This document shows positions 1 to 10,400 of a stretch of DNA of 64,000 nucleotides, in pieces. Position 1 is the first letter of the stretch; each line of letters starts with the position of its first letter. The stretch comes from Candidatus Dormiibacterota bacterium (lineage in GTDB: Bacteria > Chloroflexota > Dormibacteria > Aeolococcales > Aeolococcaceae), in the NCBI GenBank assembly GCA_963718525.1, contig OY970355.1, forward strand, positions 3,136,001 through 3,200,000, given 5' to 3'. The position numbers and the translations under genes were made by a program. The notes beneath the pieces are model-generated. The model made no database searches. It saw only the letters and a program-made list of their open reading frames with translations, and was not told where the DNA came from.

Positions 1-580
1 GGTAATGCTGCGCCTCGAGCGTCTCGAGCGAAACGGGACCGGTCGCAGCTGCCGTCCCCGATGCAAGAGGAAACGCACTCGACCCGAGGCGCAGCTCCAG
101 CTCGCCATCGACGCCTCGGACGACGCTCAGCTCCCCAGCAGCGAGCAGCTCGTCGAGCGGCGCACCCAGCACCGGCAGCAGGATTCGCCCGTGCAGGCCG
201 GGCGTATCCCAGTCGATGTCAAAGAACTGCGCGTGGTCACTGGCGCGGCCGTTGCGGAGGACATCCCACCACCATCTGTTCGCGCGATCGGCGATGCACA
301 TGTGGTTCGGCACGATGTCGAGAAGCTGCCCCATGTGCGCATTGCGGAGCGCGCGATCGAGCCGGCGGAGGCCGTCGTCGCCACCACGCGCCTGGCTCAC
401 CCGAGTCGGATCGACGACGTCATACCCATGGGGACTATGGGCAGCCGCCTCCATGTACGGTGAGCAGTAGAGGTGCGAAATCCCCAGTGCCGCAAGGTAA
501 GGGATGATGGCCGCGGCGGCATCGAAGTCGAACTCCTCGCGCAGCTGGACTCGGTACGTGGCTCGAGGATCCGTCCTCAC
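1..580 (-). CDS. treY: Malto-oligosyltrehalose synthase, 5' part (runs off the left edge)
   Basis: Not in the ORF track; translated by hand from GTG at 580: MRTDPRATYRVQLREEFDFDAAAAIIPYLAALGISHLYCSPYMEAAAHSPHGYDVVDP...LLDIVPNHM...WWWDVLRNG...FFDIDW, all TreY N-terminal motifs. Divergent from glgX/treX. Confidence 0.93.
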   Translation of the reverse strand, partial: MRTDPRATYRVQLREEFDFDAAAAIIPYLAALGISHLYCSPYMEAAAHSPHGYDVVDPTRVSQARGGDDGLRRLDRALRNAHMGQLLDIVPNHMCIADRANRWWWDVLRNGRASDHAQFFDIDWDTPGLHGRILLPVLGAPLDELLAAGELSVVRGVDGELELRLGSSAFPLASGTAAATGPVSLETLEAQHY

Positions 581-684
581 AGTCGTGACGCGGGAGACAT
601 CAATTTCCGTAGTATCAATGCAGCTATCAGCATGTATGCAAGTGATTCTATCAATTTCGGGCGTTGCTCCATGATTGCGTTCCC

Positions 685-2874
685 ATGAGCGCAACGACCC
701 GACGAACCGGAGTCCGATCTCTCGCACGCCACCAGGCGTGGCCAGGCAACGAGGCACCGCTGGGCGCCACCTGGGACGGAGAAGGCACCAACTTCGCCGT
801 GTATTCGGCGTCGGCCGATGCGGTGGAGGTGGTGCTGTTCAACGACGACGGCACCGCGGCAGCCACACATGAGCTGCTCGAGCGTACCGATCTGGTGTGG
901 CATGGGTACATCGACCAGGTGGGCCCGGGACAGCGGTACGGGCTGCGCGTCCATGGGCGATACGACCCGCTCCACGGGCTGCGCCACAATCCGAAGAAGC
1001 TGCTCCTCGATCCATACGCGCTGGCACTCGCGGGACGCTTCCGTCATGGCCCCGAGTTGTACGGCTACGCGTTCGGTGGCGACGATCTCCAACCAAGCAC
1101 GCTCAACTCCGCTGACGCGATGCCGAAGAGCGTTGTCGTCGACAACAGCTTTCCATGGGGCGACGACCGGCGGCCTGACACAGCGTGGGCCGACACCGTC
1201 ATCTACGAGCTGCATGTGAAGGGTTTCACCAAGCGCAATCCCGACATTCCCGAGGAGCTGCGCGGAACGTACGCAGGGCTGGCGCATCCGAGTTCTCTCG
1301 AGTACCTGCAGCAACTCGGGGTCACCGCGGTGGAGCTCATGCCGGTGCACCACTTCATCGATGCGGGCCATCTCGTCGACCGCGGCCTCGTGAACTACTG
1401 GGGCTACGACTCGGTCGGATACTTCTCGCCCGAAAGCCGCTACTCCGCGGGCGGCGGCAACGGCGACCAGGTGCGTGAGTTCAAGGCGATGGTGCGCGCC
1501 CTCCACGGCGCGGGGCTCGAGGTCATCCTCGACGTGGTCTACAACCACACCGGCGAGGGAAACCACCTCGGCCCGACCGTGAGCTTTCGAGGTATCGACA
1601 ATCCCTCGTACTACCGGCTCGTCGAGGACGAGCCTCGTTTCTACTTCGACGTCACCGGGACCGGCAACAGCCTCAACGTCAGCAGTCCGATCACCCTGCA
1701 GCTGATCACCGACAGCCTTCGCTACTGGGTGACCGAGATGCACGTCGACGGCTTCAGGTTCGACCTGGCAGCAGCGCTCGCACGCCAGTTCTACGACGTC
1801 GACCGCTTGTCGGCATTCTTCGACATCATCCACCAGGACCCGGTGCTCTCCCGCGTCAAGCTGGTCGCGGAGCCGTGGGACGTCGGGGAGGGTGGTTACC
1901 ACGTCGGCAATTTCCCGGTGCGCTGGGCCGAGTGGAATGGCGCGTACCGCGACACCGTCCGTGATTTCTGGCGAGGCAAGGCCGGCGGTGTTCGCGATAT
2001 TGCCAATTGCCTCACCGGGTCGAGCAGCCTCTACCAGTGGGACGGCCGCCAACCCTGGGCGAGCATCAACTTCGTGACCGCGCACGACGGCTTCACGCTC
2101 CGCGACCTGGTCACGTACAACGAGAAACACAACGATGCCAACGGCGAGGGCAACGACGACGGCGCCAACGACAACCGCTCATGGAACTGCGGTGTCGAGG
2201 GAGAAACCGACGACCCGAACATCAACGCATTGCGTGACCGCCAGCGGCGCAACCTCATCGCCACCGTGCTGCTCTCGCAGGGGTGCCCGATGATCTGTGG
2301 CGGCGACGAGATCGGCCGCACCCAGCGCGGCAACAACAATGCGTACTGTCAGGACAATGAGATTTCGTGGCTCGACTGGACGCGTGTCGATGAGGTGATG
2401 CTTCGTTTCGTGGAGCGCGTTGTCGCGTTTCGACGCGAGCAGCCGGTGCTGCGGCGGAAGCGCTTCTTCTCCGGTGAGGCCACCCGGCGCTCGGGGCGGA
2501 AGGACATCATCTGGCTGCTGCCGAATGGCGATGAATTCACGGACGCCGACTGGGACAACGATGCGGAGCGTTCCATCGGCATGATCCTGAACGGTGAGGA
2601 GATTCCCGACCGGGATCCGCGTGGACACCGTATCGTCGGTGACACGCTGATGGTCCTGCTCCACAGCGGTGATGTGCCGATCACCTGGACGATGCCGGCC
2701 GGCTGGAAGGGTGGCTGGCATCTCGTCCTCGACACCGACGATCCCGAAGGCCACCGGGGTTCCACCACGCATCACGAAGGCGACGAGGTCCCGATCCAGG
2801 CACACTCGCTCGTCGTGCTCAACCACCCCGTCGACGCGGCTCGCGACCACGCGGCCGGTTCCTCGAGAACCTGA
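685..2874 (+). CDS. glgX: Glycogen debranching enzyme / isoamylase (GH13)
   Basis: PLGATWDGEGTNFAVYS, IYELHVKGFT, NYWGY, DVVYNHTGEG, DGFRFDLA, AEPWD, FVTAHDGFTL and NNNAYCQDNE motifs. Confidence 0.97.
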   Translation: MSATTRRTGVRSLARHQAWPGNEAPLGATWDGEGTNFAVYSASADAVEVVLFNDDGTAAATHELLERTDLVWHGYIDQVGPGQRYGLRVHGRYDPLHGLRHNPKKLLLDPYALALAGRFRHGPELYGYAFGGDDLQPSTLNSADAMPKSVVVDNSFPWGDDRRPDTAWADTVIYELHVKGFTKRNPDIPEELRGTYAGLAHPSSLEYLQQLGVTAVELMPVHHFIDAGHLVDRGLVNYWGYDSVGYFSPESRYSAGGGNGDQVREFKAMVRALHGAGLEVILDVVYNHTGEGNHLGPTVSFRGIDNPSYYRLVEDEPRFYFDVTGTGNSLNVSSPITLQLITDSLRYWVTEMHVDGFRFDLAAALARQFYDVDRLSAFFDIIHQDPVLSRVKLVAEPWDVGEGGYHVGNFPVRWAEWNGAYRDTVRDFWRGKAGGVRDIANCLTGSSSLYQWDGRQPWASINFVTAHDGFTLRDLVTYNEKHNDANGEGNDDGANDNRSWNCGVEGETDDPNINALRDRQRRNLIATVLLSQGCPMICGGDEIGRTQRGNNNAYCQDNEISWLDWTRVDEVMLRFVERVVAFRREQPVLRRKRFFSGEATRRSGRKDIIWLLPNGDEFTDADWDNDAERSIGMILNGEEIPDRDPRGHRIVGDTLMVLLHSGDVPITWTMPAGWKGGWHLVLDTDDPEGHRGSTTHHEGDEVPIQAHSLVVLNHPVDAARDHAAGSSRT

Positions 2875-2881
2875 CTCTCGA

Positions 2882-2922
2882 CAACACAAAGCGGCCCGGC
2901 CGGGGCGAACCCGACCGGGCCG
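2882..2922 (-). terminator. Intrinsic terminator between convergent glgX and the DUF4386-like gene
   Basis: 13-bp GC stem (2892-2904 / 2910-2922; the single mismatch becomes G-U on the minus strand), followed on the minus strand by CTTTGTGTTGT. Confidence 0.7.
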
Positions 2923-2962
2923 ATGCGGTCCCACGGTGACCTTATCCGGCCACCGTTCGCGC

Positions 2963-3682
2963 CTAAGCCGCCAGCTCGTTGGCAAGGATGCGTCTCGCGG
3001 GCTTGACCGTCCGCACACCGATTACGAGCAGATAAATGACCATCCAGGGCTCCGCGATTGTCGGCACGATCGTGGTGAGGACGTGGATCTGCTTGTCAAA
3101 GCCGGGGAGCAGAAAGGCCGCGAGCATGTCCACCAGGTAGGAGGCGCTCGCCACTATCAGCACGATGCCCAGCGACTTGGGAAACCATCCGGACCTGTAG
3201 GCGAGATAGCCAAGTGGCGCCAGCCACAGGCCGAAGAAGATCTGCGCGGTCAGGAGCCCGTAGTGCTGGGCGTCGAGCAGGAGCAGGACGAGGGCGTTGG
3301 AACCGCCGATGCCCAGAGTGGCCGCGCTGACACCGCCGGTTGCGACCCTCAATCCCTCGAACTCGAACACCGCACTGACGCACGTGATGGCAGCAGCGAG
3401 TGCAACGAAGACGAGCATTGCCCTGGCCGCACTCTTGTGCACGTCCTTCAGGAGCATGTAGAGGGTGAGCGCCGTGAGTACAAAGAACGTCGCGTCGAGC
3501 AGGTCTGCGACGACGCCCAAGCGGACAAGTCCGGAGTTCGCGACCACATTCCCAGCGGTTGCGGCCGCATTGCCGGCTGCGTACATCTTGGGTTCCACAA
3601 ATCCTTCGGCGAAGCCGCCGAAGATGCCGACGAGCAGGTACAGGCCACCTGCGATTCTCGCGACGTGCTTTGGTGGGGTCAT
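2963..3682 (-). CDS. DUF4386-like multi-pass membrane protein
   Basis: ARIAGGLYLL start, about 6 hydrophobic segments, FFGLWLAPLGYL.YRSGWFPK motif; divergent from a TetR gene. Confidence 0.8.
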   Translation of the reverse strand: MTPPKHVARIAGGLYLLVGIFGGFAEGFVEPKMYAAGNAAATAGNVVANSGLVRLGVVADLLDATFFVLTALTLYMLLKDVHKSAARAMLVFVALAAAITCVSAVFEFEGLRVATGGVSAATLGIGGSNALVLLLLDAQHYGLLTAQIFFGLWLAPLGYLAYRSGWFPKSLGIVLIVASASYLVDMLAAFLLPGFDKQIHVLTTIVPTIAEPWMVIYLLVIGVRTVKPARRILANELAA

Positions 3683-3698
3683 CGAGGCTCTCCTTGAA

Positions 3699-3781
3699 CA
3701 TACACTGTAAGCTTAGGCTGTAAGCTACACTTACGCCGTAAGTTTGTCAAGTGCGGTATCGAGCCGAACTTACCTGGTACG
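3699..3781. promoter_or_regulatory. Array of four TetR-type operators, consensus CTTAC-N3-GTAAG
   Basis: CATACactGTAAG 3699-3711, CTTAGgctGTAAG 3712-3724, CTTACgccGTAAG 3730-3742, CTTACctgGTACG 3769-3781, in the divergent intergenic region. Confidence 0.75.
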
Positions 3782-3806
3782 TTGAAGTGATCTGCGGAGG
3801 GTGCCC

Positions 3807-4481
3807 ATGTCGACCGTGACTGACCCCAGCCTCAAACCCCGAGCCCGGTTGAGCCGGCAGCGGGTGCTGCGCGCCGCCCTGGAGCTCGCGGACGAGAGCG
3901 GGATCGAGGCCCTCACCATGCGGCGCCTCGGTGAGCGGCTTCAGGTCGAGGCGATGTCGCTGTACAACCACATCGCCGGCAAGGACGACATCCTTGATGG
4001 AATCGTCGATCTCGTCTTCAGCGAGATCGTTCTGCCCCAAGACGTGGCCGACTGGAGGACGGCGATGCGCCAGCGAGCGATCTCCGCACGGGATGCCCTG
4101 CTACGCCACCCGTGGGCCACGAGCCTGATGCAGTCTCGGTCCCAACCGGGTCCCGCGACGCTCCGCCATCACGATTCGGTGATCGGCAGCCTGAGGAGGG
4201 CAGGATTCACGATCGACGCGGCCGCCCATGGATTCTCTGTCATGGATGGTTACATCTACGGCTTCGCGCTGCAGCAGGTGAATCTGCCGTCTCACACCTC
4301 CGAAGAGAGTGCGGCGCTCGCGGAGAGCATCCTGCGTGACCTCCCAGCGGAGCAGTACCCGCATCTCGCCGAGATGATCGTCGAGTACGCGCTCAAGCCA
4401 GGCTACGACTACGCGAAAGAGTTCGAATTCGGACTTGATCTCATCCTGGACGGCCTCGAGGGACTTCGGGGAATCAACTGA
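3807..4481 (+). CDS. TetR family transcriptional regulator (TetR_C-type C-terminus)
   Basis: LSRQRVLRAALELADESGIEALTMRRLGERLQVEAMSLYNHIAGKDDILD HTH; C-terminal FEFGLDLILDGL; GGAGG RBS. Confidence 0.93.
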   Translation: MSTVTDPSLKPRARLSRQRVLRAALELADESGIEALTMRRLGERLQVEAMSLYNHIAGKDDILDGIVDLVFSEIVLPQDVADWRTAMRQRAISARDALLRHPWATSLMQSRSQPGPATLRHHDSVIGSLRRAGFTIDAAAHGFSVMDGYIYGFALQQVNLPSHTSEESAALAESILRDLPAEQYPHLAEMIVEYALKPGYDYAKEFEFGLDLILDGLEGLRGIN

Positions 4482-4483
4482 CG

Positions 4484-4990
4484 CTACTCTGCCAACGCCA
4501 CCGGCTCTTCCGGCATCCGCCCCTTGAACAATGGCGCCAGGTGCTCGCCGAAACGAACCGGCGAGAAATGCTCATTGCTCATCATGATCTCGTCGAACCG
4601 CCACCAACGATAGGTTCGGATGACCGCCGACTCGGCGGGCTCGAAACGGGTGCTGACTTCGTGCTTGTCGATGCTGAGCAAAAAGAACCGTTCAAGATGT
4701 CGCTCGAGTCGACCCTCCCATTGGAACAAATAGTCGCGGGTCCACACCGGCCCTCCGACTGTGGCGGCGTCGACCACAAGTCCCGTCTCCTCGAGCACCT
4801 CGCGAACGAGCGCTGCCTCATACGTCTCGCCCTCTTCGAGTCCACCACCCGGCGCGAACCACCAGGGATGACGGTCGGGTAGTTCGCCAAGAGAGAGCAA
4901 GACCCGTTGCTCGGCGTCGACGATGAGCGCACGAGCGACACGCCGGACCGCCGGCGTCGTGTCCGAAACCGCCGCAAAGTCCGTTCCCAT
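4484..4990 (-). CDS. NUDIX hydrolase
   Basis: Nudix box PGGGLEEGETYEAALVREVLEETGL; start codon uncertain. Confidence 0.88.
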   Translation of the reverse strand: MGTDFAAVSDTTPAVRRVARALIVDAEQRVLLSLGELPDRHPWWFAPGGGLEEGETYEAALVREVLEETGLVVDAATVGGPVWTRDYLFQWEGRLERHLERFFLLSIDKHEVSTRFEPAESAVIRTYRWWRFDEIMMSNEHFSPVRFGEHLAPLFKGRMPEEPVALAE

Positions 4991-5057
4991 GACAGCCAAC
5001 GGTACTGCGCCAATGGCTCGGTTCTTCGCCGAACTATTGACGGGATAGGCTTCGCCC

Positions 5058-6011
5058 ATGACGCGCGCCGTCGCCGACCATGCGATTCCCACCGGCGAGC
5101 GGCGCATCGCGCTCGCGGCGGCCATGACGACCGTCGTCCTCTGGGCCTCGGCGTTTGTGGGCATCCGTGCAGCCGGCCGTGTGCTCTCGCCGGGTTCCCT
5201 CGCCCTGGTCCGGCTGGTTGTCGGCAGCGTCGCCCTCGGGATCCTCGTCGTGGTGCGCCGGCAGCCGCCACCGCGGCGCGCAGATCTGCCCGGGCTTGTG
5301 GTGTGCGGTGTGCTCTGGTTCGGCGCCTACAACCTGCTCCTCAACCAGGCCGAGCGGACGGTCGACGCCGGCACGGCAGCGATGCTCGTGAACACCGGTC
5401 CGGTCTTCGTCGCCATCCTCAGTGGACTGTTCCTCGCGGAGGGATTCCCGCGGCGGGTGGTGCTCGGCTGCCTGATCGGTTTCGCGGGAGCGGTCGTCAT
5501 CGGATACGCCACATCAACGCGCGGATTCCAGGCTGGATCCGGAGCGGCGTTGTGCATCGCGGCGGCAGTTGCCTATGCCGGTGGAGTCACCGCCGAGAAG
5601 CCGCTGCTGCGGCGCAACTCCGCGCTCATCGTGACCTGGATCGCGCGCTCCATCGGCGCGATCGTGTGCCTGCCGTTCGCTCCCCAGCTGGTTCACGACC
5701 TCGGCAGATCAGACGTCGGGACCATCGCGTGGGCGGTATACCTGGGTCTCTTCCCCACCGCAATCGGGTTCAGCTTCTGGGCGTACGCGCTGGCCCGCAC
5801 CAGCGGAGGGCGGATGGGGTCGATGGGCTACCTCGTACCGCCCCTCGCGATCGCCATGGGGTGGCTCGTGCTCGGCGACGTCCCGCCGCTGCTGGCGGTC
5901 GGAGGCGGCATCCTCTGTCTCGCGGGAGTGGCGGTGACCAGGGGAGCTCGGTTGCCTCGCGGCCGCCTCGCCATCCGGCCCCAGGCCTTAGCATATGTCA
6001 TGTATAGTTGA
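5058..6011 (+). CDS. EamA/DMT family transporter
   Basis: About 10 TM helices in two EamA repeats (VVLWASAFVGIR...; YLGLFPTAIGFSFWAYAL). Confidence 0.9.
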   Translation: MTRAVADHAIPTGERRIALAAAMTTVVLWASAFVGIRAAGRVLSPGSLALVRLVVGSVALGILVVVRRQPPPRRADLPGLVVCGVLWFGAYNLLLNQAERTVDAGTAAMLVNTGPVFVAILSGLFLAEGFPRRVVLGCLIGFAGAVVIGYATSTRGFQAGSGAALCIAAAVAYAGGVTAEKPLLRRNSALIVTWIARSIGAIVCLPFAPQLVHDLGRSDVGTIAWAVYLGLFPTAIGFSFWAYALARTSGGRMGSMGYLVPPLAIAMGWLVLGDVPPLLAVGGGILCLAGVAVTRGARLPRGRLAIRPQALAYVMYS

Positions 6012-6017
6012 CATATG
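5992..6017 (+). promoter_or_regulatory. Operator inverted repeat enclosing a -10 box; probable leaderless promoter
   Basis: CATATGTCA-tgTATAGT-TGACATATG: a perfect 9-bp IR whose right arm ends in the ATG at 6015; TATAGT at 6003-6008. Confidence 0.65.
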
Positions 6018-6359
6018 GCCTACTCGGCATCGACGCCGACAGCGGACGCCGCCGTGTTCACTGTCCTCGATGTGCTCAACGCCCTCCCCACCGAGGATCG
6101 CCTGGTGGCGCTGCGCTCGGTTGCGGTGCTGCTCGGGTCGCGTCGGGCATCCACCGTCCTGGACGCCCGGGCCGAAGGCATGAGCTGGCAGGACATCGCC
6201 GACCGGCTCGGCATGTCGCGGCAATCCGTGTGGGACCGGTATGCCGCCGAGGACCGCAACCCCCCTCCACCTGCGCGTGGCCGGCACAGCCGAGCCAGAA
6301 GTGCCACCCACAACTTCTCGAACTGCGCCGCCTACAAAGCGGTGACCACTCGTCAGTGA
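6015..6359 (+). CDS. Small helix-turn-helix protein
   Basis: ARAEGMSWQDIADRLGMSRQSVWDRY HTH; lies directly upstream of thioredoxin. Confidence 0.75.
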   Translation: MAYSASTPTADAAVFTVLDVLNALPTEDRLVALRSVAVLLGSRRASTVLDARAEGMSWQDIADRLGMSRQSVWDRYAAEDRNPPPPARGRHSRARSATHNFSNCAAYKAVTTRQ

Positions 6360-6373
6360 TCAGGAGAATCCCC

Positions 6374-6703
6374 ATGGTCAAGACCGTCGACGACGCCAGC
6401 TTCGAGACCGAGGTCCTCACGTCCGGCGGGCCCGTGCTCGTCGAATTCGGCGCCACATGGTGCCCTCCCTGCCGGATGCTCGCTCCAGTTCTTGACGAAC
6501 TAGCTGCCGAGCGGTCCGGCAGCTTGCGCGTGCTCACGGTCGACGTGGATGCCAACCCGGTGACCCAGGGGAAATACGGGGTGATGTCGCTGCCGACCCT
6601 GCTCCTCTTCGTCGAGGGCAAACCCATCCGCCAGATGATCGGCTTCACGTCCAAGGGCAGGCTGCTGGCGTGGGTCGACGAGGTGCTCGCCACCGCCGCC
6701 TGA
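6374..6703 (+). CDS. trxA: Thioredoxin
   Basis: VLVEFGATWCPPCRML active site, VMSLPTLLLF; AGGAG RBS. Confidence 0.93.
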   Translation: MVKTVDDASFETEVLTSGGPVLVEFGATWCPPCRMLAPVLDELAAERSGSLRVLTVDVDANPVTQGKYGVMSLPTLLLFVEGKPIRQMIGFTSKGRLLAWVDEVLATAA

Positions 6704-6756
6704 CGGGTCTGCCAGCCGCACGACGCGAAGGTCCGGCGCGGCGGTACCGGTAGAGT

Positions 6757-7449
6757 TTGGTGGTGGAGACCACCTCGGGAGGGCCGGACGACAAGGTGGC
6801 CCCCCGACCCCGCGGTCGCCTCGAGCAGGCTGTGGACATCCTCGAGAACGGACCCAACTCTCGGCGCACCCCGCAGGTCATGGGCAACCTGATCCTCACA
6901 TCGCACGCGGGGCTGATCATCCTCTTCGCGCTGGTGCTCCTCTACCTGAGTGGACTCGCGTTCACGCCGCTGCGCCCGGTCCATTTCGCGCTCGGGTTTG
7001 CGTTGATCCCCATCCTCGCGGTGAAGCTTGCGAGCACCTCGTGGCGTGCCATCAGCTACTACCTCCGCCGCGGTGCGTATCGAGCCGCCGGTCCACCCTG
7101 GGTGCTCCCCCGCCTCATCGCCGCGCCGCTCGCGGTCGCCGCCGTGCTGGCAACCGTGAGTGGCGTGGTGCTGTGGAGCCAGGGCACCGACCACGGCGCC
7201 TGGGCGGGCGTCCACACCAACTCCGTGATCGCGCTCGGGGTCATTGTTCTCGTGCACCTGGCGGTCTACCTGCGCAAGGCGCTGAGGGCCTCAGCGAAGA
7301 GCCTCACGGCAACTGCCATCAACCGACCCGAGCGGGTGATCGTCTGGGCACTCCTTGCCGCGCTGGTCGCCGGAGCGATCGCGACCGGTCTCGAGCCCAC
7401 CTGGAATCCGTCGGCCGCAGCAACTCCGCCGCCGGCCACCCAGCCGTAG
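6757..7449 (+). CDS. Hypothetical membrane protein
   Basis: About 5 hydrophobic helices, several containing His (HFALG, VHT, VHL); start uncertain. Confidence 0.65.
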   Translation: MVVETTSGGPDDKVAPRPRGRLEQAVDILENGPNSRRTPQVMGNLILTSHAGLIILFALVLLYLSGLAFTPLRPVHFALGFALIPILAVKLASTSWRAISYYLRRGAYRAAGPPWVLPRLIAAPLAVAAVLATVSGVVLWSQGTDHGAWAGVHTNSVIALGVIVLVHLAVYLRKALRASAKSLTATAINRPERVIVWALLAALVAGAIATGLEPTWNPSAAATPPPATQP

Positions 7450-7454
7450 TTCCT

Positions 7455-10400
7455 CTATGGGACTCGTGTGGCCGGTGGAGCGTTGACGACGTCGTCGAAC
7501 ACAGCCCACATGGCCGCATACCTCCCACGCCTGGCGAGCAGGTCGTCATGGGTTCCGACCTCGACCACCTGCCCGCTGTGCAGCACCACCACGCGATCGG
7601 CAGCTTTCGCGGTCTGCAGCCGGTGAGCGATCACGACTGTGGTGCGACCCTCCGACACCTCGTGCATTGCTGCAGCGACGCGCGCCTCGGTCGCGAGGTC
7701 GAGGTTAGACGTCGCCTCGTCGAGCAACAGCAATACCGGATCAACCAGCTCGGCGCGGGCCAGAGCGATGAGCTGGCGCTGGCCCGACGAGAGCGAGCGG
7801 CCCCGCTCGGTCAGCTCGTGGTGATACCCACCCGCAAGCCGCGCGATGAACTCATGCGCGCCGACGGCTCGGGCCGCGGCCTCCACATGCGCGTCACTCG
7901 CCTCCGGGCGCCCATACGCGATGTTGTCCCGGATCGTGCCCGAGAACAGGAACGCCTCCTGCGGCACGTACCCGAGTTGGAGACGGAACTCATGCAGGTC
8001 GAGGGCGCGGAGGTCGTGACCATCGACGGTGACGCTCCCTTCATCGGGATCGTAGAAGCGAGCGAGAAGCTTCATCACAGTTGATTTGCCTGCGCCCGTC
8101 TCGCCGACGAGTGCGACAGTCTCCCCCGCCTCGATGCGCAGGTCGATGCCACGCAATGCCTCAGGCGGCTTGCGCCATGCGGCGTCTCGCGACTGCAGCA
8201 GCCGCGGATCCTGGGGTCCCCGCCGGTCGACTGGGCGGGCTCCGTCGAACCCGGGCCGGATGACCGGGACGGGGTAGGAGAACCGAACGTGATTGAGGTT
8301 GAGGTCGCCGTGGAGGCGACCCGTGTGCTCGGGGAGCGCCGGGCTGGGCGTGAGCGTCTCGAGCTGCATCAGCTCGGCGATGCGGCTCACCGAGACGCGT
8401 GTCTGCTGCCATGCATCGAAGACCTGTGAGAGCTGCTGTATCGGCGAGAAGAACAGATCGATGTACAGAAGGAACGCGATCAGCGCGCCTGGGGTGAGAT
8501 TCCCCGTCTGGATCAGGCGCGCGCCGACGCCGAGCACGATCGCGTCCGCGACAGCAGCCATGAACTGGACGAATGGGAAGTACGTCGCCACCAGTCGCTG
8601 AGCCGCGACACGAGTCTCGAGGTACGAGCGCCCGAGACGATGAAATTGGTGCATCGCGGCGCCTTCATGAACGAACGCCTGCAACTCGCGAACACCCGAC
8701 AGGCTCTCCTGGAAATCGGCGTTGACGATTGCGATGCGCTCGCGAGAAATGCTGTACAGGCGGGCCGCTTTCTGCCGGAAGATGACCGTCGCAATCGCGA
8801 GTGGGATCACCACCGAGAGCGTCGACAGTCCGAGCTCGGTATTGATGAGCACCAGCGCCACGCCGACGCCGACGAAGGTGACGATCGAGACCAGTGCGGA
8901 GAGCAGGCCGTTCTCGATCAGCGATTCGAACTGGTCGACGTCGGTCGTCATCCGGGTCATGATCCGGCCCGCCATCTCGCGCTCGTAGTAGTCGAGCGAC
9001 AGGCGTTGCAGCTGAGCCCAGATGCGGATCCGGAGGGACAGCATGATTCGCTGCGCGGTTCGCCCCGTGACGAACGTCTCGCCGATCTCGTCGATGAGGT
9101 CGACGAGCGTGACCAGCAGGAACACGCCGGCAGCGGCGAAGAGGACGACGGCCGACCCCCGCGAGACACCGTTGTCGAGTCCCGTCTTCACCAGGATGGG
9201 GCCTGCAAGGGTCATCAACCCGTCGATGATCACCAGCACGAGTCCGAGCAGCAGCGGGCGGCGGAATTCGCGCAGGAGCCGGAGAAGGCTGAAGCGCTTG
9301 TCCGGCCTCGATTCGCGCTCGAGGTCGACGACGGCGACGTCGCGAACCGGAGGCAGCCGCGCAACCCGCTCGAGCAACTCTGGGGTCGGAGCCAGGTTGA
9401 GCCGCCATCCCGACCCTCCCCCGCCGAGGCCGGGACCGAGGCTCGGTGCGCCAACTGTGCGGTTGGCAGTACGGCTGCCGGAACGCTGCCCGTCACCGGC
9501 CCACGCTGCCGCCGTGGTCCCGTCGGCGCCCACCCTCGACGCCAGCGTGGCGAGGGCTTCGATGAAGTCGCCGATCGCCGCACGATCCTGCTCCTCGAGT
9601 TCCTGACACGAGGGTCCGGTAGAGCCCGCTGCGGGCCATGAGCTGGTCATGGGTGCCCTGGTCCGCCACCAGGCCGGCGTCGAGCACCACGATCCTGTCG
9701 GCGAGATGCAAGGTTGACTGGCGGTGGGCGATCAGCAGCGTGGTGCGATCCGCCAGCACGTCGCGAAGACCGTGGTGTACGGCTGCCTCGATGCGCGCGT
9801 CGATCGCGCTCGTGGCGTCGTCGAGAATGAGGATGCGCGGGTTGTAGAGGATCGCACGCGCGAGCGCGATCCTCTGCCGCTGACCTCCTGAGAGCGTCAG
9901 CCCACGCTCACCGATGGCGGTGTCGTACCCGCGCGGGAGCTCGTTGATGAAGTCGTGTGCCTGGGCGACACGAGCCGCCGCCTCGACCTCGTCGTCAGTG
10001 GCGTCCGGACGGCCGTACGCGATGTTCGCCCGAACCAAGTCCGAGAAGAGAAAGCTGTCCTCGAAGACGACGCCGAGCTGCTGACGCAGCGATCCCAGCT
10101 TCACATGGCGCACGTCGTGGCCGTCAACGAACACGGTCCCCTCGGTTGGGTCGTAGAAGCGCGGCACGAGCATCGCCAGCGTCGACTTGCCACTCCCGCT
10201 CGGACCCACGATGGCAACGCGCTCACCTGGCGCAATGTGCAGATCGATCCCCCGGAGGACCGGGTCACCGTCACCGTAGCGGAAGTGGACATTTGAGAAC
10301 CGGATGTCCCCGCGGAGTTCGGGGAGGTCGACGGCATCGGCTGCGTCGGCGATGGCTGGCGGCAGATCGAGGAGCTGGAAGATGCGTTCGATCCCAGCCC

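Noticed and set aside
577-2130. Long antisense ORFs (for example 577-2130, 15613-18111, 30075-32210, 23807-25522)
   Set aside because: Shadow frames opposite well-supported genes (glgX, cbbLSX, hhyL, hypF); expected in high-GC DNA and lacking motifs.
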